Assembly (NCBI GenBank): GCA_045863335.1
Contig: BTVY01000004.1
Location: forward strand, 64,001 to 128,000
Source: Candidatus Hydrogenedentota bacterium
Lineage (GTDB): Bacteria; Hydrogenedentota; Hydrogenedentia; Hydrogenedentales; SLHB01
Length of the DNA stretch: 64,000 bases
Reading direction: 5' to 3'
Shown here: piece by piece, positions 17,517 to 25,561 of the stretch
How the letters are laid out: each line of letters opens with the position of its first letter
How positions within the stretch are numbered: position 1 is the first letter of the stretch
Notes under the pieces: model-generated
The model's database searches: none
Seen by the model: the letters and a program-made list of their open reading frames with translations, nothing else
Told to the model about the DNA's origin: nothing
Translations under genes and position numbers: made by a program

Positions 17517-18001
17517 CGCAACAGTGCCCTTGCGGGTGTCGCACCGATCCCAAACGGCAGTGCCGGTGCAGCGTGGGCGAGGTGCAGCGTTACATGGCGC
17601 GGTTGTCCGGGCCCTTGCTGGACCGCATCGACATCCACGTCGATGTGCCCGCGCTGAGTTTCGAGGAACTCATCGACCGCCGGCCCAGCGGCCCCACGAG
17701 CGCGGAGGTGCGCGCGGAGGTTCAGGCCGCCCGCGACCGTCAGCGGGCCCGCTACGGCGGCGCGTACACCTGCAACGCCCACCTCGATTCCCGCGCCATC
17801 CGCGATCACTGCGTCATCGCCGACAGTGCCAACGCCCTTCTCGAACAGGCCATCAACCAACTCGGCTTCAGCGCCCGCGCCTACGACAAAGTCCTCCGCG
17901 TCGCGCGAACCCTCGCCGATCTCGACGCCTCCGAATCCATCGCCGACAACCACGTGTCCGAGGCGATCCAGTATCGGAGTCTGGATAGGCAGATGTTCTG
18001 A
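16975..18001. repeat. Direct repeat copy 2 (HTH + junction + comM 3')
   Basis: See copy 1. Confidence 0.95.
17525..18001 (+). pseudogene. comM: 3' fragment of comM/yifB, copy 2 (host-like codon usage)
   Basis: CPCG..RLSGPLLDRIDI..FSARAYDKVLRVARTLAD..EAIQYR; high GC3 like the core genes. Confidence 0.9.
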
Positions 18002-18002
18002 T

Positions 18003-18206
18003 ATGGGCATGGGCAACGAAGATTACGTGCCGGTTACGGAGATTCTATTTCCGACGGAGGCGGATGAAGCCTTCGGCAAAGTCTGTGACAGCCTGGGATT
18101 GGATCCTTCCAAGCTTGGTCCGCAAGACTTTGCGAAAGACATATTCCGAACGGCTGACGGAAAAGCGAGATGGCGTTACTGCCTGAGACGGGACCTAGCC
18201 AGGTAA
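18003..18206 (+). CDS. Small hypothetical protein
   Basis: 67-aa ORF starting right after the comM stop. Confidence 0.4.
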   Translation: MGMGNEDYVPVTEILFPTEADEAFGKVCDSLGLDPSKLGPQDFAKDIFRTADGKARWRYCLRRDLAR

Positions 18207-18421
18207 GATTTCTAGCGTGCCCAAGCTGTAAGAGCAAGAAGATAGAGAAGATTCGTGGGAATCTCACGCGCGAGTTCGACGGCCAGAAGTACTCGGTGTC
18301 GAACGTGGAGTACCACGAATGCCCTGACTGCGGCGAGCGGGTTTATGGCCGTGAGGCGGTGCGGAAGATCCAGGCGAAGTCTCCGGCGTTTCGGAGGCAT
18401 GGGTGCGATGAAGACGTTTGA
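18170..18421 (+). CDS. YgiT/MqsA-type zinc-finger protein without HTH
   Basis: CPSC...V.NV...ECPDCGERVY..EA.RKI; start uncertain. Confidence 0.8.
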   Translation: MALLPETGPSQVRFLACPSCKSKKIEKIRGNLTREFDGQKYSVSNVEYHECPDCGERVYGREAVRKIQAKSPAFRRHGCDEDV

Positions 18422-18602
18422 TTGCGTGCAGATGAAACGGAAAGGCGCAGAGCGCGTCCGTCGTGAGACTGCAGGAATGTCCAGGGACGAAGTACTCGCC
18501 TATTGGCAACGTGGAACGGAAGAGCTTCTCCAAGAGCAAGCGGCTCTCCGCGCGAAGGTCCGGGTGGATGCCACGCGGGAGGAACCGCGAAATAGCACCT
18601 AG
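18408..18602 (+). CDS. Small hypothetical protein (MKTFDCVQMK..., antitoxin-like)
   Basis: 64-aa helical ORF with GGAGG upstream; overlaps the zinc-finger stop. Confidence 0.6.
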   Translation: MKTFDCVQMKRKGAERVRRETAGMSRDEVLAYWQRGTEELLQEQAALRAKVRVDATREEPRNST

Positions 18603-18920
18603 CGGGAACGTATTGTACCTCAGATAAAGTCACCGTTCAGGATGAGTTCGTATGCCAGATTTATCAGAAATGAGCGTGTTCGAAATGGTCATGTCGGGGC
18701 TACAAGACAGTATTGCCTTTTCCAAGGGCGAAAGGTCTCTTGTGGTAACCGTTCAAAAGTTCGCGCCGCCAAAAGCGTAGTACCTGGCGCTTTGCTCCTG
18801 GCCTTCCTCCTGCTACGTGAATATCCTATAATAGGCTTTCATTTGCTCAAGAGGAAACACGTTCACTGCGGATAGCGATCCCAAAGGATTGACTTCGCAC
18901 CGGCAGGGTATTTTCTAAAC

Positions 18921-19325
18921 ATGCAGCACATTGACACCTCAAACCGCTGGGAGCAGCGGAAGTTCGGATTCGTCATGGCAGTGGCATTTGCCGCGATCGG
19001 CGGGATCCGCTGGTTTGTGAAGGGCGCGCCGTCGCCGACGTTGTTCACGATTTCCGTCGTGTTTCTGATTGCGGCGGCGGTTGCACCGTTTGCGTTGCGG
19101 CCGGTGTTCGTCGTGTGGATGAAGTTCGCCGAGGCGATGAACTGGGTGGTGACGCGCGTACTGCTGACGATTGTTTTTTACGGGCTCATCACCCCGACGC
19201 GGTTTCTGAATCAAATGTTTGGTTCCGACCCGCTGAAGCGGGCCTGGCTGCCCGATGCCGATACCTACTGGGAGTCGCCGGACGCGCAACCGGACGACCC
19301 CAAGGAATACCGGAATCAATTCTGA
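18921..19325 (+). CDS. SxtJ-family membrane protein
   Basis: RKFG, WMKFA..M.WV.TR.LL..VFY..ITP, DPL, TYW, C-terminal NQF. Confidence 0.85.
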   Translation: MQHIDTSNRWEQRKFGFVMAVAFAAIGGIRWFVKGAPSPTLFTISVVFLIAAAVAPFALRPVFVVWMKFAEAMNWVVTRVLLTIVFYGLITPTRFLNQMFGSDPLKRAWLPDADTYWESPDAQPDDPKEYRNQF

Positions 19326-19382
19326 TGAAGTTGGGGCGTGGCAACGTTGCACTCTTGGGCGGTTGAGAGTTAACATAACTGT

Positions 19383-19532
19383 ATGGAAACAATTCGAGAG
19401 ATCTGGGCATTCATGCGCGTGCGCAAACGGTTTTGGCTGGCTCCCATCATCCTTACGCTCATGTTGCTGGGGTTGTTCATATTCTTTGCTGGCCAATATC
19501 CCGTAGTCGCGTCATTTGTCTATATGTTTTAG
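19383..19532 (+). CDS. DUF5989-family 49-aa membrane peptide (not in the ORF track)
   Basis: METIREIWAFMRVRKRFWLAPIILTLMLLGLFIFFAGQYPVVASFVYMF*; typical partner of SxtJ. Confidence 0.85.
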   Translation: METIREIWAFMRVRKRFWLAPIILTLMLLGLFIFFAGQYPVVASFVYMF

Positions 19533-19625
19533 GAACTGGCCTGCCCAATTCTCGCTTGATAGTGAGTTCGGCGTTCACTTTCTCTCATTCGCGCCGACAG
19601 CGACCGGTACCTGACGAGTACAAAC

Positions 19626-19661
19626 AACGCGGCGCCCGGAGTTGTCTCCGGGCGCCGCGTT
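19626..19661. terminator. Perfect 16-bp hairpin between convergent genes
   Basis: AACGCGGCGCCCGGAG-TTGT-CTCCGGGCGCCGCGTT. Confidence 0.75.
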
Positions 19662-19681
19662 TCACTACGTATCAGAATTCC

Positions 19682-21007
19682 CTATACGACTTCCGGTACC
19701 ACGTAGGGTTCGCGGTAGACGCGGGTCAGGTGCGAGTTTGCTTCGTCGTCGTTCTTGACCTGTTCCTTCTCTGTATCGATCTCGAGGACGCGGTTGACGC
19801 GGGCGCCGGTCAAGGCATAATGCGACAGGGCCGACGAGAGATGGCCGTCAATGGCCTTCGCGTTGATGGCTTCCGCGTCGCGGCTGCGGACGCAGTCGAT
19901 GAAGTTCTGGAAGTGGTAGATGTCGTCGCCGTCGTTGGCTTCCTTAATCAGCTCATTCTCTTTCCCGCGATAGGCCTTATAGCCGCCGTAACCAGGGAAG
20001 GTCATCCAGCCCTCGGAGCCGTAGAACATGACGCCGAAGGATCTGCCGCCGGCCTCATCGTTCGTGCACCAGGGCCGCACTTCGAGGGTCATCATCTTGT
20101 CCTTGCCGTCCTTGCCCTTGAACATGAACGACGACGAGGAAACGTTGAAGACTTCCTTCGCGTCGTCCCACAGGAACATGCCGCCCATGGACGCCACGCG
20201 GTACGGCACTTCCACATCCAGGCCCCAACGGGCCGCGTCGAGCTGGTGCACGCCCTGGTTGCCGATGTCGCCGTTGCCGTAGGCCCACACCCAGTGCCAG
20301 TAGTAGTGCACGTAGATGCCTTCACCCGCCTCGTTCAGCAGGAACGGCTCTTCCTGGGCCGGACCTTGCCAGATGTCCCAGTCCAACCCTTCCGGGGGCG
20401 GACCCTGATGGGCCGGGCCGATGGACGGGCGCCACTTGTAGCACACGCAGCGCGCCATGTAGACGTCGCCGATGATGCCGTTTTGCAGTTCATTGATGCC
20501 TTCGATGAACCCCGGGTTGCTGCGGAGCTGCGTGCCGTGCTGCACGATGCGCTTGTACTTCTCCGCGGCCTCGACGACCTTGCGGCCTTCGTATACGTTG
20601 TGGGTCATCGGCTTTTCGACGTACACGTCCTTGCCGGCCTGGCAGGCCCAGATGGTGCCGAGCGCGTGCCAGTGGTTGGGCGTGGCCATGGAAATCACGT
20701 CCACGCTGTCATCTTCGAGCACCTTGCGGATGTCCTGCTCGAACTTCGGCTCCTTGAGGTTGTTCGACTTGAACCAGTCGCCGACCGGCTTGAACAAGCG
20801 GGAGTCCACGTCGCACACCGTGGTGACTTCCACATTCTTCAATTCCTTGTAGTTGCCGAGGTGACTCTGGCCGCGGCCGTTCACGCCCATGACGCATACG
20901 TTGACGCGTTCATTGGCGCCCGCCCACGCGGTCTTCGACGTCCCGATCAGCAGTCCCGCCGCGGCTGCTGAACCCGCCACAAATTTTCTTCGCGTCAACT
21001 TTTCCAT
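19682..21007 (-). CDS. Tat-exported Gfo/Idh/MocA oxidoreductase
   Basis: LTRRKF twin-arginine signal, G.NGRG, ATPNHWH, YVEKP, GNQGVHQLD. Confidence 0.9.
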   Translation of the reverse strand: MEKLTRRKFVAGSAAAAGLLIGTSKTAWAGANERVNVCVMGVNGRGQSHLGNYKELKNVEVTTVCDVDSRLFKPVGDWFKSNNLKEPKFEQDIRKVLEDDSVDVISMATPNHWHALGTIWACQAGKDVYVEKPMTHNVYEGRKVVEAAEKYKRIVQHGTQLRSNPGFIEGINELQNGIIGDVYMARCVCYKWRPSIGPAHQGPPPEGLDWDIWQGPAQEEPFLLNEAGEGIYVHYYWHWVWAYGNGDIGNQGVHQLDAARWGLDVEVPYRVASMGGMFLWDDAKEVFNVSSSSFMFKGKDGKDKMMTLEVRPWCTNDEAGGRSFGVMFYGSEGWMTFPGYGGYKAYRGKENELIKEANDGDDIYHFQNFIDCVRSRDAEAINAKAIDGHLSSALSHYALTGARVNRVLEIDTEKEQVKNDDEANSHLTRVYREPYVVPEVV

Positions 21008-21276
21008 CAAAGACATCCTCCGGGTAATGCGCGGACGGGGCCGACGCGGTCCCGTCGAAGGCGCCATCGCAAAATTGGGTACAACCGTGTCCCTAGCGCG
21101 GACACGCTTTGGTCACCATTATTGGCATATCCACATCCGGGGTCAAATGCAGAGCGGGAATGGGCGGGAATGATTCCCGCCCCGGAAGTTTTGAGGGACA
21201 GGGTATTGAGCATGGCCCCCAAGTACGGAGCGGAACCCGGTCGCGGATTGAACGGACATTAAGTAGATCGGGACTG

Positions 21277-21299
21277 GCCGGGATTCAATCCCGACCTAC
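21277..21299 (-). repeat. GTAG-type REP-like hairpin
   Basis: Minus strand GTAGGTCGGGATTGAATCCCGGC; degenerate partner GTAGATCGGGA at ~21263. Confidence 0.5.
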
Positions 21300-21315
21300 G
21301 TGTGGGCGCGCCGGA

Positions 21316-21525
21316 TTAATCCCGTTCCTCGGGTTCGGCGTTGCTTTCTGGGGCGTTCAGGCTGGAAGGTTCCGGCGCGTCGAACGGTTCGTTGACCAGC
21401 AGGCGCGCGATTTCATCCCGGCGCGTTTGGAGCTCCCGCCGCTCCGCAATATCCGGGCTCGCTTCCAGGCGCCGTTCGATGGCCAGTGCTTCCGCATTGA
21501 GTTCTTCACGTTGCAGCCGCTTCAT
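21316..21525 (-). CDS. Small coiled-coil hypothetical protein
   Basis: GGAGGA SD before ATG 21525; 69 aa. Confidence 0.55.
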   Translation of the reverse strand: MKRLQREELNAEALAIERRLEASPDIAERRELQTRRDEIARLLVNEPFDAPEPSSLNAPESNAEPEERD

Positions 21526-21702
21526 CACAATCCTCCATCCAGTGCGTGGGAGTAGTGTAACATGTATGATATGATTGGGTCGCTGGCGTCTGATCGGTGC
21601 GAAATGGCGAAGCACTTTCATTGACTACCAAGCGCATGATTCCGTATAGATACAGAACCGTGGGCGGCCCAGACGTTTAATGAAAGGCAGTGCGCTTCTC
21701 CC

Positions 21703-23673
21703 ATGACAATCCCTTCGATCATACTGCTCGTTACCGGATTTCTCGTGTTGGCGAGCATTCTTGCCAGCCGGATTTCCGACAAGCTGGGCGTACCCGCATT
21801 GCTCGTGTTTCTGGGAATCGGAATGCTGGCGGGTTCGGACGGGCCCGGCGGAATCCATTTTGACAATGCCGAGGTGGCCAATCTCGTAGGCACAATCGCG
21901 CTCGCGTTTATCCTGTTCTCCGGCGGGCTGGACACAAATTGGCGCATTATCCGGCCTGTGGCGGCGCGGGGAATCGTACTTGCTACCTTAGGGGTCGCTG
22001 TGACCGCAGGATTGGTTGGGTTGTTTGCGTGGGCCGCGCTGGGCTTCTCCATACTCACGGGACTGCTATTGGGCGCCATCATTTCTTCCACGGACGCGGC
22101 GGCGGTATTCTCGGTGCTGCGCGGGCGCGGGGTAGGGCTCAAGGGGCAGCTCAAGCCGCTGTTGGAACTCGAGTCCGGCAGCAACGACCCTATGGCTGTC
22201 TTTCTCACTTTGAGCATGACGCAGATCCTCACGGAACCCGACTTTCAGTGGGCGGGTCTGATTCCGGCGTTCTTTCTCAATATGCTTGGCGGCGCCATAG
22301 TCGGTCTCGCTGCGGGTAAACTCACCAGCCTCATGTTCAATCGTCTGCGTATGGACTATGAAGGCCTCTACCCGGTCATGAGCATGAGCATCGTCCTGCT
22401 GACCTTTGGCATCGCCGAGTATCTTCGGTGCAACGGCTTTCTCGCCGTCTACCTGTGCGGCATCATGCTGAACTCGGCGGATTTCACCTACCGGCGCTAC
22501 GTCGTGAAGTTTCACGACGGACTCGCCTGGTTGATGCAGATCGTCATGTTCCTGGTGCTCGGGTTGCTCGTCTTTCCGGCCCAACTTCCTTCCGTGGCCC
22601 TGAAAGCTTTGCTCGCGGCCCTCTTTCTCATGTTTGTCGCGCGGCCCGTCGCGGTTGCGCTAGGCCTGTGGGGCAGCCCATTCCCTTGGCGCGAACGGGC
22701 GCTGGTAGCCTGGACCGGTTTGCGCGGCGCGGTACCCATTGTCCTGGCGACCTTTCCCTGGATGGCAGGCTATGAGAATTCGGTCATGGTGTTTCACGTG
22801 GTGTTTTTTACCGTGCTGACTTCCGTGCTCGTGCAAGGAACCTTTCTGATGCCGGTGGCGCGGTTGCTCAAGGTGGATGAACCCTTGGCGTCGCGCCCGC
22901 GCTTCTCGCTGGAGATTGAGCGAAGCGGCCAGGCGCAGGGCGAGACCCGCGAGGTCGAAGTGTTGCCTAACGCGGCGGCCGTGGGTCGTACGATCGCCGA
23001 CCTCGACATCCCGCCGGATGTGCTGATTCTGCTCATTGGCCGTGGCGACGGGTACGTCGTGCCTCGGGGCCAGACCCGAATCGAACCCTACGACACCCTC
23101 CTGATGATCGGGCAGCCAAAAGCGTTGCGCGATGCCGGCGACTCGGTATTGTCGCCGCGACCCCGCGTTCGTAAACAAGACGTGCTCGCCGATCCGCTCG
23201 CCATGCTGCCCATGTCGACCGAGGAAAAGTACTTGTCCAAACAAGTCGTCGTCGTGGGATATGGACGCGTGGGCAGGCGAGTTTGCGACGCATTGGAAGC
23301 CCGGAAGCTCCCCTTCGTCGTGGCCGATCTGAACCGGGAGATTGTGCAGACGTTGCGCGATCGCGGCATTCCGGCCGTCACCGGAGACGCCTCGGAACCC
23401 ATGACGCTCGCGCAGGCTCACGTCTCCCGCGCGGCCACCCTGGTGATCGCCACACCGGATACCCTGAAGGTCCGGCAGATGGTGGAAACGGCGAAACAGT
23501 TGAATCCGTCCATCGAAGTCATCATTCGCGCGCACAGCGAGATGGAAGCCACGCTCCTCCGGGAGGATCCGGCCTCCACCGTGCTGATTGGCGAGGAGGA
23601 GCTCGCCAAGAGTATCATCAAACTGTTGCTCCAACGCGCCCGCGTGGACGCCAACACGACGAATCCGGTGTAA
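21703..23673 (+). CDS. cvrA: K+/H+ antiporter (CvrA/NhaP2, CPA1) with TrkA-C and an extra TrkA-N domain
   Basis: FILFSGGLDT, SSTDAAAVFS, LELESGSNDP, GLRGAVPI; then RCK_C; then VVVGYGRVG..GDAS. Confidence 0.88.
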   Translation: MTIPSIILLVTGFLVLASILASRISDKLGVPALLVFLGIGMLAGSDGPGGIHFDNAEVANLVGTIALAFILFSGGLDTNWRIIRPVAARGIVLATLGVAVTAGLVGLFAWAALGFSILTGLLLGAIISSTDAAAVFSVLRGRGVGLKGQLKPLLELESGSNDPMAVFLTLSMTQILTEPDFQWAGLIPAFFLNMLGGAIVGLAAGKLTSLMFNRLRMDYEGLYPVMSMSIVLLTFGIAEYLRCNGFLAVYLCGIMLNSADFTYRRYVVKFHDGLAWLMQIVMFLVLGLLVFPAQLPSVALKALLAALFLMFVARPVAVALGLWGSPFPWRERALVAWTGLRGAVPIVLATFPWMAGYENSVMVFHVVFFTVLTSVLVQGTFLMPVARLLKVDEPLASRPRFSLEIERSGQAQGETREVEVLPNAAAVGRTIADLDIPPDVLILLIGRGDGYVVPRGQTRIEPYDTLLMIGQPKALRDAGDSVLSPRPRVRKQDVLADPLAMLPMSTEEKYLSKQVVVVGYGRVGRRVCDALEARKLPFVVADLNREIVQTLRDRGIPAVTGDASEPMTLAQAHVSRAATLVIATPDTLKVRQMVETAKQLNPSIEVIIRAHSEMEATLLREDPASTVLIGEEELAKSIIKLLLQRARVDANTTNPV

Positions 23674-23712
23674 CCCGGTATTCTAGACCAAAGGGACATT
23701 GGGGGACTTGCA

Positions 23713-23934
23713 ATGGAATCCCAAGATTTCTCTCCCCTCCTGGCATTGCCAGGCCTGATTCTCGCCCTCACGATTCTGGTGCTTTACTTGTGGAGCGTTG
23801 CGTGGTCCTACGGAGATGCCAACGCCCGCGGCAAACCGGGTTGCCTGGTCGCGATTCTGGTCGCGCTGTTCAGTTGGCCGCTCGGGCTGCTCATGTGGAT
23901 TATCTTTCGTCCGGAGCAACGGCCCCGATACTGA
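23713..23934 (+). CDS. Small two-TM membrane protein
   Basis: W.YGDA.ARGK..L..LV..F.WP.GLL.W..FRP pattern. Confidence 0.7.
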   Translation: MESQDFSPLLALPGLILALTILVLYLWSVAWSYGDANARGKPGCLVAILVALFSWPLGLLMWIIFRPEQRPRY

Positions 23935-23966
23935 GCAGGCGGTGAACGCGTGTCGGAGTCAGCAGA

Positions 23967-24533
23967 TTACGATTGACTCGATTCTTCTGATGACGCTTCG
24001 ATTTCCGCCCGCAACGTTTCGACCAAGTCGAGCATGGCGCGAAATTCCTTCTCATCGAATCCGATTTCCTGCATGGCGATGACGCCGTCGGGACCGATGA
24101 CGTAGTTGCGGGGGATCCATTGCGTGGCGAACTTGTTGTACATCTTTCGCTCGGGATCGGGTGCGAAGGGCAAATCGAGTTTTTCCTCCTTCGCGAACTC
24201 CATGAGTTCTTTCTTCGAATGTTCCCGGCCAACGGAGAGTACGACGACGCCGTCGTCCTCTTTCAAATCCCTGTAGGCTGTCGCAAGGTGAGGCAATTCC
24301 GTGCGGCAGGGGCCGCACCAAGTGGCAAAGAAATTGAGCAGGACAACTTTTCCCTTAGTGGATTCCGAGGTAATTTTCACTCCGTCCAACGTAGTGAATT
24401 CGAAGTCCGGCGCCGGATCTCCCACCTTGGTGAGCGTGGATCCGTCATTCTTCTCCGAGGCGTTGACCAATCTTGGGCCGAGTGCGACGGCCAAGACCAA
24501 GGCTGCACAGACAACTGACAAGCGTTTACTCAT
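23967..24533 (-). CDS. TlpA/ResA-like thiol-disulfide oxidoreductase
   Basis: Signal peptide, VGDPAPDF, GKVVLLNFFATWCGPC, IPRNYVI. Confidence 0.9.
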   Translation of the reverse strand: MSKRLSVVCAALVLAVALGPRLVNASEKNDGSTLTKVGDPAPDFEFTTLDGVKITSESTKGKVVLLNFFATWCGPCRTELPHLATAYRDLKEDDGVVVLSVGREHSKKELMEFAKEEKLDLPFAPDPERKMYNKFATQWIPRNYVIGPDGVIAMQEIGFDEKEFRAMLDLVETLRAEIEASSEESSQS

Positions 24534-24613
24534 GACAGGTCCCTCCTCGTTGCAGATACCAAACCGATCACGTGAGCTCCGTCGAGTGAATCGACCGTGA
24601 GTCACGATCCAAC

Positions 24614-25525
24614 TCAGCGTGCGGTAAATTCCGGCACCAACGCAAAAGCCGCCTGCTGGGATCGCAAGCTGCCCCTGCGTTCACCGGGGTAGTAGATGTA
24701 GAAGACGCGGCCCACGACGCGGTCGAAGGGGAAACCCGTTTGCCAGGCGCGGCTATCTTCGCTTTCGTTGCGGTTGTCACCGAGAAGAAAGACCTCGCCC
24801 TCGGCGAGCGTCATGGGACCAAACGAATACTCCATCCGCTCCCGGATATAAGATTCATTGATGGGTTCGCCGTTGACCCACAGCTTGCTGTTCGCAATCT
24901 CGACTTCGTCACCCGGGAGGGCCACGAGCCGCTTCACGAGAAAGGCGGCGGGATCGGCCGGGTCCTCGACAACCACCACGTCGCCTCGCCGGTATTCGGT
25001 CGGCACGATGGCGGCGAAGCGATCTCCGGGTTCCAAGGTGGGGATCATGGAACCCGTCGGAACTTCGTAGAACGTCAGGCCCTTAAAGAATAACAGGTAG
25101 TAGAACGGGGACGTGACCAGCAGGATCGCGACGAGAAGGCTGGTCCAGATGGTACGGCGCGATAGGTTGAGGTTGCTCAAGGGGTTCTCCCATCCGCCCC
25201 CGCTCGGCACGACTACGGGCGGCGGCGGGTTGTATACCTTTGGTTCGAACATGGACATGTCCACGGATGGCGGCGGCTCAGTGGGGGGTCGCGAGTCCAT
25301 TGCCTCGACGCGGGGGAGGTCCGTGAGAAGCTGCTGCAATTCCGTATACCGCGCCTGAATCTTCTCGGCCCGTTTACGGAGTTCGCGATCGGTGGGCCGT
25401 TGTTTCAGCGCCTTGCGGAGGTAATGGTAATCCTTCCGAAGCTTAGCGGCTTCGGCCTTGACCCGATCCCGATCTTGTACATCCATATCCGGTTTCGCCC
25501 TGGTGAGTTTGTTCGCGCTTATCAT
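24614..25525 (-). CDS. lepB: Signal peptidase I with N-terminal extension
   Basis: PTGSMIPTL.PGD, RGDVVV, LVKRLVALPGD, LGDNRNESEDSR. Confidence 0.9.
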   Translation of the reverse strand: MISANKLTRAKPDMDVQDRDRVKAEAAKLRKDYHYLRKALKQRPTDRELRKRAEKIQARYTELQQLLTDLPRVEAMDSRPPTEPPPSVDMSMFEPKVYNPPPPVVVPSGGGWENPLSNLNLSRRTIWTSLLVAILLVTSPFYYLLFFKGLTFYEVPTGSMIPTLEPGDRFAAIVPTEYRRGDVVVVEDPADPAAFLVKRLVALPGDEVEIANSKLWVNGEPINESYIRERMEYSFGPMTLAEGEVFLLGDNRNESEDSRAWQTGFPFDRVVGRVFYIYYPGERRGSLRSQQAAFALVPEFTAR

Positions 25526-25561
25526 ACTGCGGCGAACCTGGCCATACCAGAACCGGTCGCG

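Larger units (their letters stand above)
4337..17524. mobile_element. Putative 13.2-kb comM-integrated cassette/island, no recombinase inside
   Basis: Bounded by two equivalent junctions ...AAGGCAACGCAACAG|TG(T/C)CC(C/T)TG(T/C)GG at the comM CPCG codons. Cargo is mostly lower GC by eye. Confidence 0.7.
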
